Notes: a model not told the origin generated them from the letters alone. Numbered from the stretch's first letter, positions 12,331 through 26,085 are shown. The stretch is 64,000 nt of DNA from Malacoraja senta (GCA_038087875.1 CM075988.1:12278001-12342000), one strand, 5' to 3'. Made by a program: numbers and translations.

Positions 12331-12994
12331 AATTCAATGATGCATCCAGTATGGATTTGTGCAAAAGTCTGCCCTTATTTGACATGATCCTTCAGTCCTC
12401 CAGGAAAATCTATTCAGAGCTTGAGTGGGTGCTCTGGTCAGTTTTATAATACATTTTTTTCTTGTCACTGTTGCCTCAGCTGCAGAAAACAAAATTTAAG
12501 ATGAACGAGGTATTGTGCATTGAATGATTCTTGAACTTAGCCACACCTTGATCTTGCCTTGACAGACTCTGGGTTCCCGAATATCTTCAGGAAGAGAGAT
12601 ATATTGAATATGTTAGGCTTTTGTTAACTCAGATCCATCAGTTCATTGGGACTTTCCTTATCTAGGTGCATAAGATAAGCTTTTTTCTCTGGCCAATTTA
12701 ACTTGCCTAACTTGTCCAAAGTTTGCTGAATTTAACTGATTTAGCAGATCACAGTGGTGCAATAATAATACAGGCCAATAACTTTCTATTTTGTCTATTC
12801 AGAAAATGCTGCTCAGTGGGGCTAGGGAACCTTTAGTATACAGTTAATGAAACAATTACTGTCAAGGTACTTCAACAATTATGTTTTGGCACACTTTAAG
12901 TTTTACCTCATTTATAACCAAAAGAGATACATTGCAACTTAAATTGAATTTGGAACCCTTAAAAAAACATATAATCCTTTAAGGACAATATTTA

Positions 12995-13420
12995 TGACAC
13001 CAAAATTAGTGATGTGGTGAACAGTGAAGAAGGTTGTCTCAGACGATGGAAACTAGGTCAACTGGAAAAGTGGGCTAAGGAATGGGAGATTAAATTTAAC
13101 GGAAAAGTGCAAAAATTATACATTTTAGGATGCATCTTATTGAAACATGTTAGTGCAGGGTGGGACATACATTACACAGTCAATGACAGGGCATGGGGAA
13201 TGTTGCAGAACAGAGTGACATAGGGCCAATAAACATAATGCCCCAAAAGGTATAACAGTGGGAGGCAAGGTGGTGCAGAGGGCATTTGGCAGATGCATTG
13301 GTCGGAAAAAATGTAGAAAGATTTGAGCCCAATACAGGCAAATAGGACAAGAGCAGGAGGATGCCTTGGTTAGCATGAGTGACTTGGGCTGAAGGGCCTG
13401 TTTGCATGCTGTTTCACTCG
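12995..13420 (+). mobile_element. Degraded CR1 remnant
   Basis: DTKISDVVNSEEG...LEKWAKEWEIKFN; GAAGGGCCTGTT tail. Confidence 0.6.
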
Positions 13421-15079
13421 ATGATCACAGTCAAGAAGTCAGTAAATGGCGCTGAGAAGTAAGAACACTGGCTGATAGACATAATCCACCACTGACATAA
13501 ATTATCATGCAGCAACTGCACTTTTGGTTGAGATTCATGAGGTTATCATAGACAATGACTTGGGTCCTTTGCTATCTGCTTGGTTCAGCTGCTTGCTGGA
13601 TAAATTTGCTATTATGAGATAACTGGGGGACTACTTTGTATTCAGCTTTTCCATTTGTTGTGAAATTGAAGCTGAAATGACATTGAAAAGTTGGAGTACA
13701 ATCGTACGATGATCAAAATCAAGTCTCTCACTGCCGCTTTCTAGATCTGCTGTGCATTAAATACTTGTACTTGTTTCTTGCCTATTTGCCCGGGGGGAAG
13801 AGGAGTATCTGTGCAAACGTCAACCGCTGGGTTTGTACTCATTGACTTATCTGTTCCATCTACATGTGTTGTGGTTAATTGTCACACATCAATTGCTTCC
13901 CAGCTGTGAACAGCTAACTAATCAAAGATAACAATTGATCCTGGGGCTTTTGTTGACTTATTTGGTTTTGGTACGCTGGTTAGATTTAAGTGTCCATTAG
14001 GGAAAAACTTACTATGCATGTGTCGAAAAGTAAAGACGTCGCTGAATTCAATTCTTTCTCTTGTACTTTTACCACTATAATTCTAGCCTTCAAAAACATG
14101 CATTGATTTTTCCCATTGAACAATACATGCACTTACTTGTTTTTATAAAAGTTAACACATATTGCCATTGCTGTCACTTTTTGACAGGTACTTTTTTTTC
14201 ATTTAAATGTTGGAAATACTTTACTTCTAATCCTGTAAACTGGTATTAAAAGAATGCACATTTTGCCTGTCATTACAGTTTAATCTGCAGTTGAGGAAAT
14301 TTCACGGTCAGTGACAGATAAGCATTTCATCTACATTCCTGTGTCATATTGTCACCAATGAATATTTCACAAGGTGTGTTGAAGCATGCATAAGAAAATA
14401 AAAAAACTGTGAATACCAAAGCTGCCTCAAAGGTTGAAAACTGCCTTCCCAATTCAAAATAAATTCTAATTATCAGCCAGAAATCAAAATGCAGTTTTAA
14501 TAGAGATAAAGTATGAACAGCCTACTGCAAAGCTGCACTGATGAATTGTCGGATGCAAATTTGGTTTTTAATGGAACTTGCATTATTTAATCTCCCCCAG
14601 GCCTTTTCATTGTACATTGCACAATTTTATTAAAACTGATATAGTAGGCTGTTTTTGTGAATTAAATTGGATGGCTGTCTGCAAAAGGCAGATAAGTGCT
14701 TGGTCAGAGTTAAAGGAAATGGAGATTTTACTTATTCTATCTTTAAATAACAGTTGTTGACAATGTATTTGTGTGTACAGTAATAATAATTGTGTTCATT
14801 ACCACAGTGCTCCCTGTTGCAAATAGAACTAGAATCTCTGATAATCAAATAAAACTTGCTACTCAATAGCAATTATCAATAATCTTATCAGTGAGTAATA
14901 ATATTGTATGTTGTTGTGCTGAACTATAATATTAAAAACATACTTTAATTTAGAAGAAACTTGAAGGATACAAGCATTCATAGATTAGCAATAGTGAAGA
15001 GATGTAATCAGAAAGTCTGTTAGATTATATTTATTTGTCATTTTGAATGACGCTTTGAACATGCCTGACACCACTCTTT

Positions 15080-16240
15080 AAGTCAAGTCAAGTCAAGTCA
15101 CTTTTATTTCTATAGCACATTTAAAAAACAACTCTCGTTGACCAAAGTGCTTTACATTGGTGGAGGTACTAACGTTATACAACAGTGGTTCATAGATTAA
15201 GTACATACATAAATACATATGTATATAGCCCTCCCTCAGAGGACGTCAAGAAAGGCTTGAGAGTAAAGATGAGTTTTAAGTCTCGACTTAAAAGAGTCGA
15301 TGGAGGGGGCAGTTCTGATGGGAAGAGGGATGCTGTTCCACAGTCTAGGAGCTGCAACCGCAAAGGCACGGTCGCCCCTGAGCTTATGCATAGACCGTGG
15401 GATGTTCAGTAACCCCAAGTCGGCCGATCTGAGGGACATGGAGGTGGTTTGGTGGGTAAGCAGACTTTTGATGTAGGTGGGGGCAAGCCCGTTTGGGGGT
15501 TTATAAACAAAAAGAAGGACCTTGAAATGTATTCTGAAACCACACAGGGAGCCAGTGGAGAGAGGCCAGAATCGGAGTGATGTGGTCCCTCTTTCGGGTG
15601 CCCGTCAGGAGTCTCGCTACGGCGTTTTGGACCAGTTGCAGGCAGGACAGGGAAGATTGGCTGATGCCAGTGTAAAGGGAGTTGCAGTAATCGAGGCGGG
15701 AGGAGATAAATGTGTGGATGATCTTTTTTGAGGTCGTCAAACTGGAGGAATTGTTTTATTTTAGCTATCGTCCGAAGCTGGAAGAAGCTAGCTTTTACCA
15801 CGGCATTGACTTGTTTGTCAAATTTCAGTGCTGAGTCAAATATCATGCCAAGGTTTTTGACGTGAGGTTTGAGTAGTGGGGTAAGGCTTCCAAGGCTGCC
15901 TGCTATCATTTTGATTGAGTCCGAGGGGCCGAGAAGGATGACCTCAGACTTATTCTCATTTAGTTGGAGGAAGTTCTGGGCCATCCAACACTTTATATCC
16001 TCGAGGCAGTGGATAAGGTTAAGTAGATTTGATCGGTTGTTGGGCTTCAGGGGGAGATAGAGTTGTGTATCATCTGCATAGCAATGGAAGGAAATGCCAT
16101 GCCTTTGAATGACTTGGCCTAAGGGGAGCATATACAGGGAGAAGAGAATGGGGCCACGGATGGAACCTAATGGAACCCCACAGCTAGCTGGGGAGGAGAA
16201 AGAGTTCCTATGTTAGTAGAGAAACTCCTACCTTTTAGCT
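15080..16240 (-). mobile_element. L2-clade LINE, 5'-truncated (copy A)
   Basis: FHCYADDTQLY, NFLQLNENKSE, SRLDYCNSL, HITPILASLHWLP and GDRAFAVAAPRLWNS; (CTTGA)n tail; frameshifted. Confidence 0.92.
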
Positions 16241-17269
16241 ATGACGTTGCCATTATTGTAAAACCTGTTGTCTATTTAGTTCTCCATTTCTGGCCTTGTA
16301 AATGCAAGGTGGTAAGCATAGCATGCATGCTGCAATTCCTGAGGCATCTCAGCAAAACCAGGAAGAATAAAGGTTCACATATTTAACATGGAGATGGAGA
16401 GGAATTTGGGTTTGTATCTTTGGAAATTTCTTCCTGGAAAACGTTAGAGAGTGAATCAGTGAACATATTCAATGTTGATGTTTGGTCTATAGCAATGTCA
16501 AGGCTGAGGGACCCTAAAGTCCAAAAGCAAGAAAACCGGACTTTGATCCATTTGAATCCATACTGACCATGAAGCAGCCATCTACATTAATTGTGCTGAT
16601 CCCATTTAGTTCACTCCTTATTCCCAACAACTGCCCCATATTCCACCACTCCATTTCACAATGGGCACAATGTACAACAGACAATTAACCTATCATAAGC
16701 TAATGGTGTATTCCCGATCTTCTAATCCATCTCATTGCGGCCCTGGCACTTTTTTAAATCTGCACTTTCTTTGTAGTTATTGCACGATATTGTGGGTATG
16801 GTAAGAAACCAGAACTGCCAGGGGCAACTCGCATACAATCACAGAAACAAAGAACTCCACAGAGAAAGCACAAGAGATCAAGATTGAATGCAGGTTGCTG
16901 GAAATGTGATGCAGAGGCTCCGTGATCCGCACAAGTGCCATACACATCAGGGTCAGAGATAAATATGAGGCTGAGGATATGGTCAGATCTGCAATTATCT
17001 TATTGAATGGCAGACAAGGGTTGTACAACCATACAATCAACTGGGGCAAACATTCATATGCAGGCACTGGTGTTTTGCCTCACAGGTGAAGCAGTTAAGC
17101 AGAATCACTAAACTGCTCCACGATGTGGAATAGAGCAAAGTTGGAAAAGTCAGTTTCCTCTGAGGTATTGTCAGATATGATCGCGTCTAATTGGTCACTC
17201 AGTGTTAGCCGATATTAATTTGGCAGACGTAAAAAATGCAGATGTAATGGGCACAGCCCAGTCTATCAT

Positions 17270-19190
17270 TTACTCTCCCCCTCCCCACCATGGACTCCAT
17301 CTACACCTCATCATTGCCTGTGGCAGATTGTGTTTTCTCAGCTACCGCAGAAAGTACATCCTCTGTTGGGCCTTTCTGATGGTGACTGCCCATTTAAGGT
17401 CCCTGGAGATGATGGTTCCAAGGAACTTAAATGACTCCACAGATGTGATTCTGGTGTTGTTGATGGTGAGTGGGAGGAGGGGAGGAGGAGCTCTCCTAAA
17501 GTCTACAATCAATTCCACCATCTTAAGAGCATTGAGCTCCAGGTTGTTGCGATGGCACCAGGGCGCCAGCTGTGTCACTTCCTGTCTGCAGGCAGATTCC
17601 TCCCCATCCTGGATCAGTCCATTCTGGGTTATGTCATCCGCAAACTTGAGAAGCTTGACAGAGGAGTCTGTGGAGGTGCAGTCGTTGGTGTAGAGAGAGT
17701 AAAGGAGAGGGGAGAGTACGCAGCCTTGTTGTGCTCCTATGCTGAGGGTCAGCGGGTCCGAGATGTGCTTTTCCAGCCTCACATGCTGCCTCCTGTCTGT
17801 CTGGAAGTTGGTGATCCACTGACGGAGAGGTTCAGGCACAGTCAACTGGGAGAGTTTGCAGTGTAGTAGCTCTGGCACAATGGTGTTGAATGTAGAGCTA
17901 AAATCCATGAACAAAATCCTTGCATAGGTCCCCTGGCGGTCTAGGTGCCGGAGGATGACGTGCAGGCCTAGGTTGACTGCTTCATCCACTGATCTATTGG
18001 CCCAGTGTGCAAACTGCAGGGGGTCCAGCACATGTCTTTTAAGGGTCATCATGATTACAGAGGTCAATGCGACAGGCCTGTAGTCATTAAGACCAGTAAT
18101 CCCTGGAAACAGGAACAATAGTGGAGACTTTGAAACAGGCAGGGACAGTGCAAGTTTGCAGGGACTGGTTGAAAATGTCTGTGTGGACTGGTGCCAGTTG
18201 TTCGGCACAGAGCTTGAGGGTAGAGGGGGAAACATTGTCCAGTCCTGGAGATCGGTGTGAAGTGGTGATTGGGGAAGAGTCGGTGGGGAAGGGTCCAGTC
18301 TTTGCAGATTGGAGTCAGGCTGTGAGTAGATGTAAAATGGTGATAGGGGAAGAGTGGGCGGGGGCGAAGGGGTACCAGGATTATGTTTCTGCCCATTGAA
18401 CCTGGAGTAGAACTCGTTCAGGTTATTGGTCAGCTGACGATTGTCCAAAGTGCGGGGGGTTTTCCTCTTGTAGCTGGTGATTTCTTGAAAATCTTGCTCC
18501 TCAACTTCTCAGAGTACCTTTCCTTGGCAGCTCTGATTCCTCTTCTCAGCTTGTACTTGGCCTGTCTGTGGAGGTCTTCATTTCCGCTCCTGTAGGCCTC
18601 ATCTTTAGACTGGCGGAACTGTCTGAGTTCTGCTGTAAACCAGGGCTTGTCAATGTTAAACCTGATCCGGGTCCTAGTGGGAATGCAACAGTCCTCACAA
18701 AAGCTGATATATGATGTCACAGTGTCTGTATATTCATCGAGGCTTGTGGTTGCTTCCTTGAGCACATTCCAATCAGTGCACTCAAAACAGGACTGTAGGT
18801 TTTCAATGTCTTCGCTTGTCCACTTTTTCATTGTTCTGACCACAGGCTTAGCAGATTTTAGTTTCTGCCTGAAGGTCAGAATAAGGTGAACTAAACAATG
18901 ATCAGAGAGTGCCAGAGCGCACGGGGAACAGAGCGATATGCGTTCTTGATTGTTGTATAACAATGATCGAGTGTTCTCTCCCCTCTAGTGGGGCAGCACA
19001 TGATGTCTGTATTTTGGAAGCTCTCGGCTGAGGTTAGCCTTGTTAAAATCCCCCAGAACAATGACCATGGAGTCCGTGAAGTCACTCTCTACTCTTATTA
19101 CCTGGTCAGCGAGTTGCGTTTGCACCTCACGTACGCAGACTGGTGGGGGGGGGGGGGGGGGGGGATGTAAACTCCAGCGAGAATAAAAGA
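17270..19190 (-). mobile_element. Degraded Rex1/Babar LINE with APE-endonuclease end and RT
   Basis: [65 protein letters not shown] and KFADD across several frameshifted ORFs (17342-18448, 18430-18963, 18891-19085). Confidence 0.88.
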
Positions 19191-20109
19191 AACAACTATG
19201 GTAAAAAAATCAATTTATTTTTGCTTTCTTACATGGCCTTTTGAGGTGAAAATACATTATATTGTACTTTGGAGATATAGAATAAATTAAGTAGAACAGG
19301 AACATATAAAATTATAGTTGTATTGTTCAATGCTGTTTTCAGGCTTCAATGAAGACACTGATTAAAGTTTATACTCACCTGCGCAGCAGGATTTTTTAAG
19401 TCCGCTAATCGCTTGGCAGGAAGGAAGAACAGCACAAAAGTTCTGATAAATACATCTGATAATTGCTATTCTATATTTTCAACTTCATATGCGAAAATTG
19501 AATTTCATTTTTAAGAGCAAATATCAGTACGTTCACCATAGGAACAGAGGCTGAAACAAATTGTAAGGTTAATTAGTCTGGATTGACATTTCAATCTGCT
19601 TGGCGAAATGTCGTTTCCAATCAGCAAAGGACTAACTCATAATTTGTTAGACTTCCAAACAATCTTTGTCAGACGTTCCACATGAAAAAGTCTGTAACAT
19701 TAAGGTTATGAATATTCACAGAGTAAAAAAAAGGATTAGATAGGAAATTGGATGGAATTTTAGAAACTTTGACGTCTAATGAGGAGAGTGCAAATGAACA
19801 GTGGGTGGAGCTGTAAGGGAAGACACTGACATTATTATTTTGACCCTTGTCTTCTGTAAATTGGATAACATCTTGACTTCACAATTCAGTCCAAACTGTT
19901 CAGTGTCACCATCAAGATTACAAACTGTCATTTTGCATCGTATGAGTACAAGTGTCAAAGGAAATTTAGAGGAGTTGCAGGTTCTGAGAGGTAATGTTTA
20001 GAACTCCTTTCCCAGTCACTGTGGCCCTGTTTCCCATGCTCCTTCATCACTTAACGGGGCTCTTGTTTCCCTGCTCCTGGTCATTCTCTGGTCTCCTGTT
20101 CCCCTACAT

Positions 20110-20500
20110 CATCCATCGCTGGTAACTTCCAATCCAATGGTATGAACATTGAATTCAACAAGTTTAGGGAACAATTTCCGCCCCACTTTTTTTCCCCCTC
20201 TCTTTTCATTCCCCCTCTCTTCATTGTAACCCAACCTCCCCTTTTCCCATCACCTTTTCCCATCACCTTTTCCCATCCCCTTTCCCCCATCCCCTTTCCC
20301 CCATCCCCTTTACCCCATCCACCCCCCAGACCCTCCCCCCTCCCCCCGGTCCCCATTCCCCCTTCCACTTTCTCCTTCTCCTTTCCCCACCCTTCCCCTT
20401 GACCCTGACTGAAAATAGGTCCCGAAAGCAAAAATCACCAATCTATGTCTTCCAGATATGCTGCCTGACCCTCTTGAGTTACTCCAGCACTTTCTGTTTT
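20110..20500 (+). mobile_element. Penelope-like 3' fragment with an expanded pyrimidine tract
   Basis: QSNGMNIEFNKFR, a C/T-rich tract, then a degenerate terminal repeat (ATGCTGCCTGACC..GAGTTACTCCAGCA). Confidence 0.65.
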
Positions 20501-20963
20501 TTTCTCTTCTGTTGCCCAGTGGAGCCTGTATTAGTGCAACATTTATTTTAAGACTATGCAACATTTAATAAAAAATTAAAAATGTGCTGTAGTAGTCAAA
20601 AATATACCCTCCCCCCCCTATAATATGCCCTGTAGAATAGCCTATAAAATCTGTTCAAATAGCATCATTAAAATCCCAATTTTGATGGATTATATGGGGT
20701 TTACCGTACCATACAACAAACTGTACACTTTGAGAAGGAAAATAATCTTTCTTCTGGATTGTTGTTTTCTCAACAGACCACAGGAATTATTGTGCTCTGG
20801 TCAACAATAAAAGTGAATGATCTGAGCATTGGGAAGGTGCAGATTAGAGTTACGAGACCAATTTCACAGGTCGGTGTTATAAAATGGAAAGCAGATGATA
20901 TTTTATCAATTGCATGGATAAGGCGAGTTTGACACACATCAAATGAAACAGTGGCCATCAGAA

Positions 20964-21057
20964 GATAGACACAAAATGCTGGAGTAACTCAGTGGCTCAG
21001 GCAGCATCTTTGGAGAAAAATAATAGGTGACGTTTTGGGGGTCAAAACCCTTCTTGA
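20964..21057 (-). mobile_element. Penelope-derived mini-copy with TSD
   Basis: Direct repeat GGCCATCAGAA at 20953-20963 and 21058-21068. Confidence 0.8.
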
Positions 21058-21573
21058 GGCCATCAGAAAACAGTAAGGTATTTAGAAAATGCATTTCTAG
21101 TAATTCAGATTGGAATGAATATTCATATAAAAGATATCTCTTGGTGTGGTGCAAATACTGTGAACTATTTCAGAAACAATCAATATCAGAGGCTTTAAAA
21201 GTGGTAAGAATTCTGTTGTGACTATCTCAAATAAAAAAGAATGGATGCTGTGAGAATCTCAGAATTGGTGAAAGGTAGAGGCAGAATGTTGCAACCTGTC
21301 TTCTGTATTGACGTTGGCAGAGTTACCACAAGTTTTGAAGTGCGTACCCTTCAGATTTGATGAAATTTCGCAGCCTGTTTTAAGTTCCGGAAGTTTTTGT
21401 TTGTTTTTGTTGTTGCTGTGTAGGTATGATTTTGATTCTTCATGGGCATTGATCTATAATGAGACAAATTGCCTTTTCTCGTCAACTTTGATCATGCAAA
21501 GAACCCAATGCTGCAGTCAGGAACATACAATGTTACCACAGCCTTTTTCTGTTGCCAACTGTGCATCAGTTTG

Positions 21574-21876
21574 GGTGGCATGGTGGCGCAGCAGTAGAGT
21601 TGCTGCCTTACAGCACCAGAGACCCGGGTTTGATTCTGACTATGGGTGCTGTTTGTATGGAGTTTGCACGTTCTCCCCTTGGCCTGTGTGGGTTTACTCC
21701 GGGATCTCCTTTGACTTCTTCCCATGCTCCAAAGATGTGCAGGTTAATTCACTTAGTATAATTGTAAATTGTCCCAAGTGTGTAGAATCGTGTTAGTGTA
21801 TGGGGATCGCTGGTCAGTGTGGACTCGGTCTGCCGAAAGGCCTGTTTCCGTGCTATATCTCTAAACTAAACTAAAC
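21574..21876 (+). mobile_element. HE1-type SINE, full length
   Basis: A box TGGCGCAGCAG, V domain and (CTAAA)n tail. Confidence 0.85.
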
Positions 21877-22688
21877 AGTTTCCGAACAAACTTTAAAAAT
21901 GAAGTTTTTAATCTTAAAGGTTTCTGAAGCTTGGTTGGAGTAGTGTTATAATTCTGTTGAAAGAAAATTATGTATTTACTTGAAAATGGAAAAAAAACTA
22001 CAGCCACTGGGAGAGAACAGTGTGGTTTGACTAATGGGTTGGTTCTTTCGGGGAGCTACTGGATGTTTTCAAGAGATAGTTAGATTTAGCTATTAGGGCT
22101 AAAGGAATCAAGGTTTATGGGGAAAAAGCAGGTACGGGGTACAGATTTTAGATGATCAGCCATGATCTTATTGAATGTCGGTGCTGGATCGAAGGGCTGA
22201 ATGGCCTACACCTGCACCCATTTTTCCATGTTTCTACCCAGGAACATTGGGTTAATTGACTTCCTCCTGTGCTTTCTGGCCATGGTCCATAAATCAACCA
22301 TGTGTTTGAACAGAGGTATCCTTTCAAAATATAACAAAGTCTCTTGCCCTATTTCCCTTTTCAGGTGTCACAGACTTATTGTTTGAGTTTTTCTGGTAAC
22401 ATTGTAAGTTTCTGACTACAGTCTTTGGTTCATTGCATGATCAAAATTGATGAAAAGCAATTACCCTAATCCCTTAGGTCAATGCCTATGAAGAATCAAT
22501 CAGTCCACATAGGCTGATGCTGTAAGAAAAAACAAAATTGGGTATTCATTTTTTTTGTTTTTCAGATTAAGTATTGGAAATCTTGGCTGCTGAAAATGTG
22601 CTTAGTTTTTTATCTTGACATGCCTACAACTTAACTACTTTTGCAGTCTTCTTGCATTTCAGCTTTGAACTATCATTGAACAAAGATC

Positions 22689-23584
22689 AGTTTAGTTTAG
22701 TTTAGAGATACAGCGTGGAAACAGGCCCTTCGTCCCAATGAGTGCTCAACACTGCACATTAACACTATCCTACACACTAGGTACAATTTACATTTATGCC
22801 AAGCCAATTAAACTACAAACCTGAAAGTTTTTGGAGTGCGGGATGAAACCGAAGATCTCGGAGAAAACCCACGGGGTCAAGGGGAGGACGTACAAACATG
22901 GTACAGACAGCACCTGTAGTCAGGATCGAACCCGGGACCCGGATGTCCGGCACTGTAAAGGGCCTGCCCCACCTATGCAATTTTTTCGGCGACTGTCACA
23001 GTCATAGCAGGCCGCCGAAAAAGCGGCGACTGGACCCCCCTATGACAATGTCTACGACAGCCTACCGCCTAGCGCAATCTACCGATAACCGGCGATCCAA
23101 TCGTCGCAACGTAGGACGTCCACCTCTAACCACAACCAAAGTCAACCTACGTCCACGTGACAATCAACGACGAGCAACGACCCTGTTGGCGACAACTGAA
23201 GGCAACTGAAGACAATTAAGTTGCCAGTACCTGTTGCCGGTTGACGTATGTAGTTGCCAATTGAATTCATCGAAGTCAGCACCCAGTTACGACCAACGTC
23301 ACCTGGCATCAACCTGCGTTATCCTGGTGACAACCTGCGACAACACCTTTGACAGGAGAAGACAAGCTACGTCAAGCCCATAGTCGCCGAATTTTTTTGA
23401 ATATTTCAAAATCCAGCGGCGATCAGAAAAACGTTAGAACTCTTTAGGCAACTTGAGGAGACTACTCACAACCATACAGGCATCACCCCGCGATCATGTG
23501 TAAACAGACTAGTCGCCAAAAAAATTGCTTAAATGGGACAGGGACATTAGGCAGCAACTTTACCACTGTGCCACCATGCTGCCC
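22689..23584 (-). mobile_element. HE1-type SINE interrupted by a MITE
   Basis: (TTTAG)n tail at 22689; the head resumes at GGCAGCAACTTTACCACTGTGCCACC after the MITE. Confidence 0.82.
22959..23546. mobile_element. MITE, family 1, inserted into an HE1 SINE
   Basis: TAA|AGGGCCTGCCCCAC ... ATGGGACAGGGACA|TTA. Removing it restores the SINE sequence CACTGTAAGGCAGCAAC. Confidence 0.82.
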
Positions 23585-24602
23585 CACTGCATCAATCCCT
23601 TCACTACAAGCTTGCATCCTGGCTTTATTTGTTCTAATCTAAACTCACACTGAATAGATGCAAGGATTGGTATTGTGTCAGTTTTCTTTGGCGCTGCGTT
23701 CTCTGACAGAGCCACCCTCAAAGAAAGAGGAGGGGATTCTCTGCTCCTGTGTGAATTGTACAAGAGTTCTATCCTGCAGCAGTTTATCAGGCTAGTGTGA
23801 AAATCAGTCTCTTTCATCAGCTTTCAATATGTAACTGTCAGAACTAGCTGTCAAACTGAATATTTCAAGTTTGAAAGAAAGGTTGCTCCAGGGACCCAGT
23901 TTGGTGCAACACTATAATCATTTTCCCTCGGTTGGAACAGTGTATTCATAAGCGCTTTGGGGCTCACCCAGTGCTCTGATGACACGAGCAGAATCAGTGA
24001 AGATTACTTGAGTGTGGCTTTGAATTTCTCAGGGTTTGGATGAAAGGTATTAAAAGCAAGCCTGCATTGAAGGCTTTTGGTGGATTCCAACGTATTATCG
24101 TAAACGTGTTTAAACAGAATAAATAATGAAACAAAAATTTGATCCTACAAATAATTTGGATAAGTCCCAAGACTTTTGACAAGAGATCCGTTCCTTCATA
24201 ATGTGAACTGGTCTCCCGTGCCGTTTAACTGCTGCACGATATCTTAGTGTATGCATGCCTCAAAACCCATTTAAGATTTAAAAAAACGTGTTTTCTTTCT
24301 CCAGAAATGCAAAAGGTGATGAGGCGCATTCATATGTTGGTCAGTGTTGCTTCTTGAGGCAATTTCTGCATCATCTCCCTGGTATGATGTTGTTCCCCAT
24401 TCAACTCCCTTTTTGAATCATTTCAGTGGAAGTTGAACAACGAGTGGCCTCACGCCCAGGGACAATGTGCTCTCCCCAGTGTCAAGTGCTACCTTCTACC
24501 TTTTTGCTTTGCCCATTCTCCTCTGTGTTGATGACCTTGCAATCCTCGAGTTCGTAGCCCCACCCCCCACCAAATCTGCACCCAACACCCACACATCACA
24601 CT

Positions 24603-24905
24603 AGGTGGTACAGCGGAGTTTGGTAGAGTTGCTGATTCACGCCGCCAGAGACCCGGGTTCCATCATGACCTCGGGAGCTGTTTGTATGTCATTCGCATGC
24701 TCTCACTGTGACCGCGTGGGTTTCTTCCGGGTGCTCATGCATCTTCCCACATTCCAAAGATGTGCGGCTGTGTAGGTTAATTTGCCCCAAGAGTGTAGGG
24801 AGCGGATGCAAAAGTAGGATAGTGTGAATGGGTGATCAAAGGTCAGCACAAGCTCGGTGAGCCGAAGGGCCTGTTTCCATGCTGTACCTTTCAATCAATC
24901 AATCT
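24603..24905 (+). mobile_element. HE1-type SINE
   Basis: CGCCAGAGACCCGGGTTC head, V domain and (TCAA)n tail. Confidence 0.78.
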
Positions 24906-25239
24906 GTCTGTGACTAATGACCAAATGGTTGTCAGTGCCCTGCTGCGAGTCCTTTAAGCACACTGCTGAAAATGGACTGAAAATTCCGGCCAATATTCCC
25001 CTGTCTCATAATATTGATTACAATTCAATGCCTGTTGCACTTGCCTATTAAGTCAATTATACTTGTTGAGGTAACATACCAATTTAAGCTTTTATCAGAT
25101 TCTTCGCGGCACCCAAATTAAAAGACTACAAAATGGGAAAATAACTCACTCCTGGTATTCATTTTGACCACTGACCCTTCACCTATGGGCAATGAGCTGG
25201 AATGTACTGAGGAATGAGAAGATGATTTTCACCATTTAT

Positions 25240-25453
25240 TGTAGGAAGGAACTGCATATTCTGGTTTCCACCAAAGATGGACACGAAAAGTTGGAGTAAC
25301 TCAGCAGGGCAGGCAGCATCTCTGGAGAGAAGGAATGGGTGACGTATCGGGTCGACTCTGAAGAAGGGTCTCGACCCGAAACATTGCCCATCCCTTCTTT
25401 CCAGAGATGCCGCCTGTCCCGCTGAGTTACTCCAGCATTTTGTGTCCATCTTC
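25240..25453. mobile_element. Penelope-derived fold-back palindrome
   Basis: Left arm GTAGGAAGGAACTGC...GAATGGGTGACG and right arm CTGAAGAAGGGTCTCGACCCGAAAC...GTGTCCATCTTC are reverse complements. Confidence 0.85.
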
Positions 25454-25454
25454 A

Positions 25455-26085
25455 TAACAAGAGGATTTCAGTATAGGAGTAAAGAGGTTCTCTGCAGTTG
25501 TATGGGGCTCTGGTGAGACCACATCTGGAGAATTGTATCCATTTTTGGTCTCCGAATTTGAGGAAGGACATCCTTGTGATTGAGGCAGTGCAGCGTAGGT
25601 TCACGAGATTGATCCCTGGGATGGCGGGACTGTCATATGAGGAAAGATTGAAAAGACTAGGCTTGTATTCACTGGAGTTTAGAAGGATGAGGGGGTATCT
25701 TATAGAAACATATAAAATTATAAAAGGACTGGACAAGCTAGATGCAGGAAAAATGTTCCCAATGTTGGGCGAGTCCAGAACCAGGGGCCACAGTCTTAGA
25801 ATAAAGGGGAAGCCATTTAAGACTTAGGTGAGAAAACACTTTTTCACCCAGAGAGTTGTGAATTTGTGGAATTCCCTGCCACAGAGGGCAGTGGAGGCCA
25901 ATTCACTGGATGGATTTAATAGAGAGTTAGATAGAGCTCTAGGGGCTAGTGGGATCAAGGGATATGGGGAGAAGGAAGGCACGGGTTATTGATTGGGGAC
26001 GATCAGCCATGATCACAACGAATGGCGGTGCTGACTCGAAGGGCCGAATGGCCTCCTCCTGCACCTATTTTCTATGTATCTATGT
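25455..26085 (+). mobile_element. CR1 LINE 3' fragment, relatively young
   Basis: LVRPHLENCIHFWSP...VQRRFTRLIPGM.GLSYEERL..LGLYSLE.RRMRG.LIETYK...TRGHSL; (CTAT)n-type tail. Confidence 0.9.

Noticed and set aside
23690..23735. GACAGAGCCACCCTCAAA (DRATLK) as the upstream IgLON exon ending ATLR
   Set aside because: No preceding NVTVRQG-like sequence and no GT donor after it.
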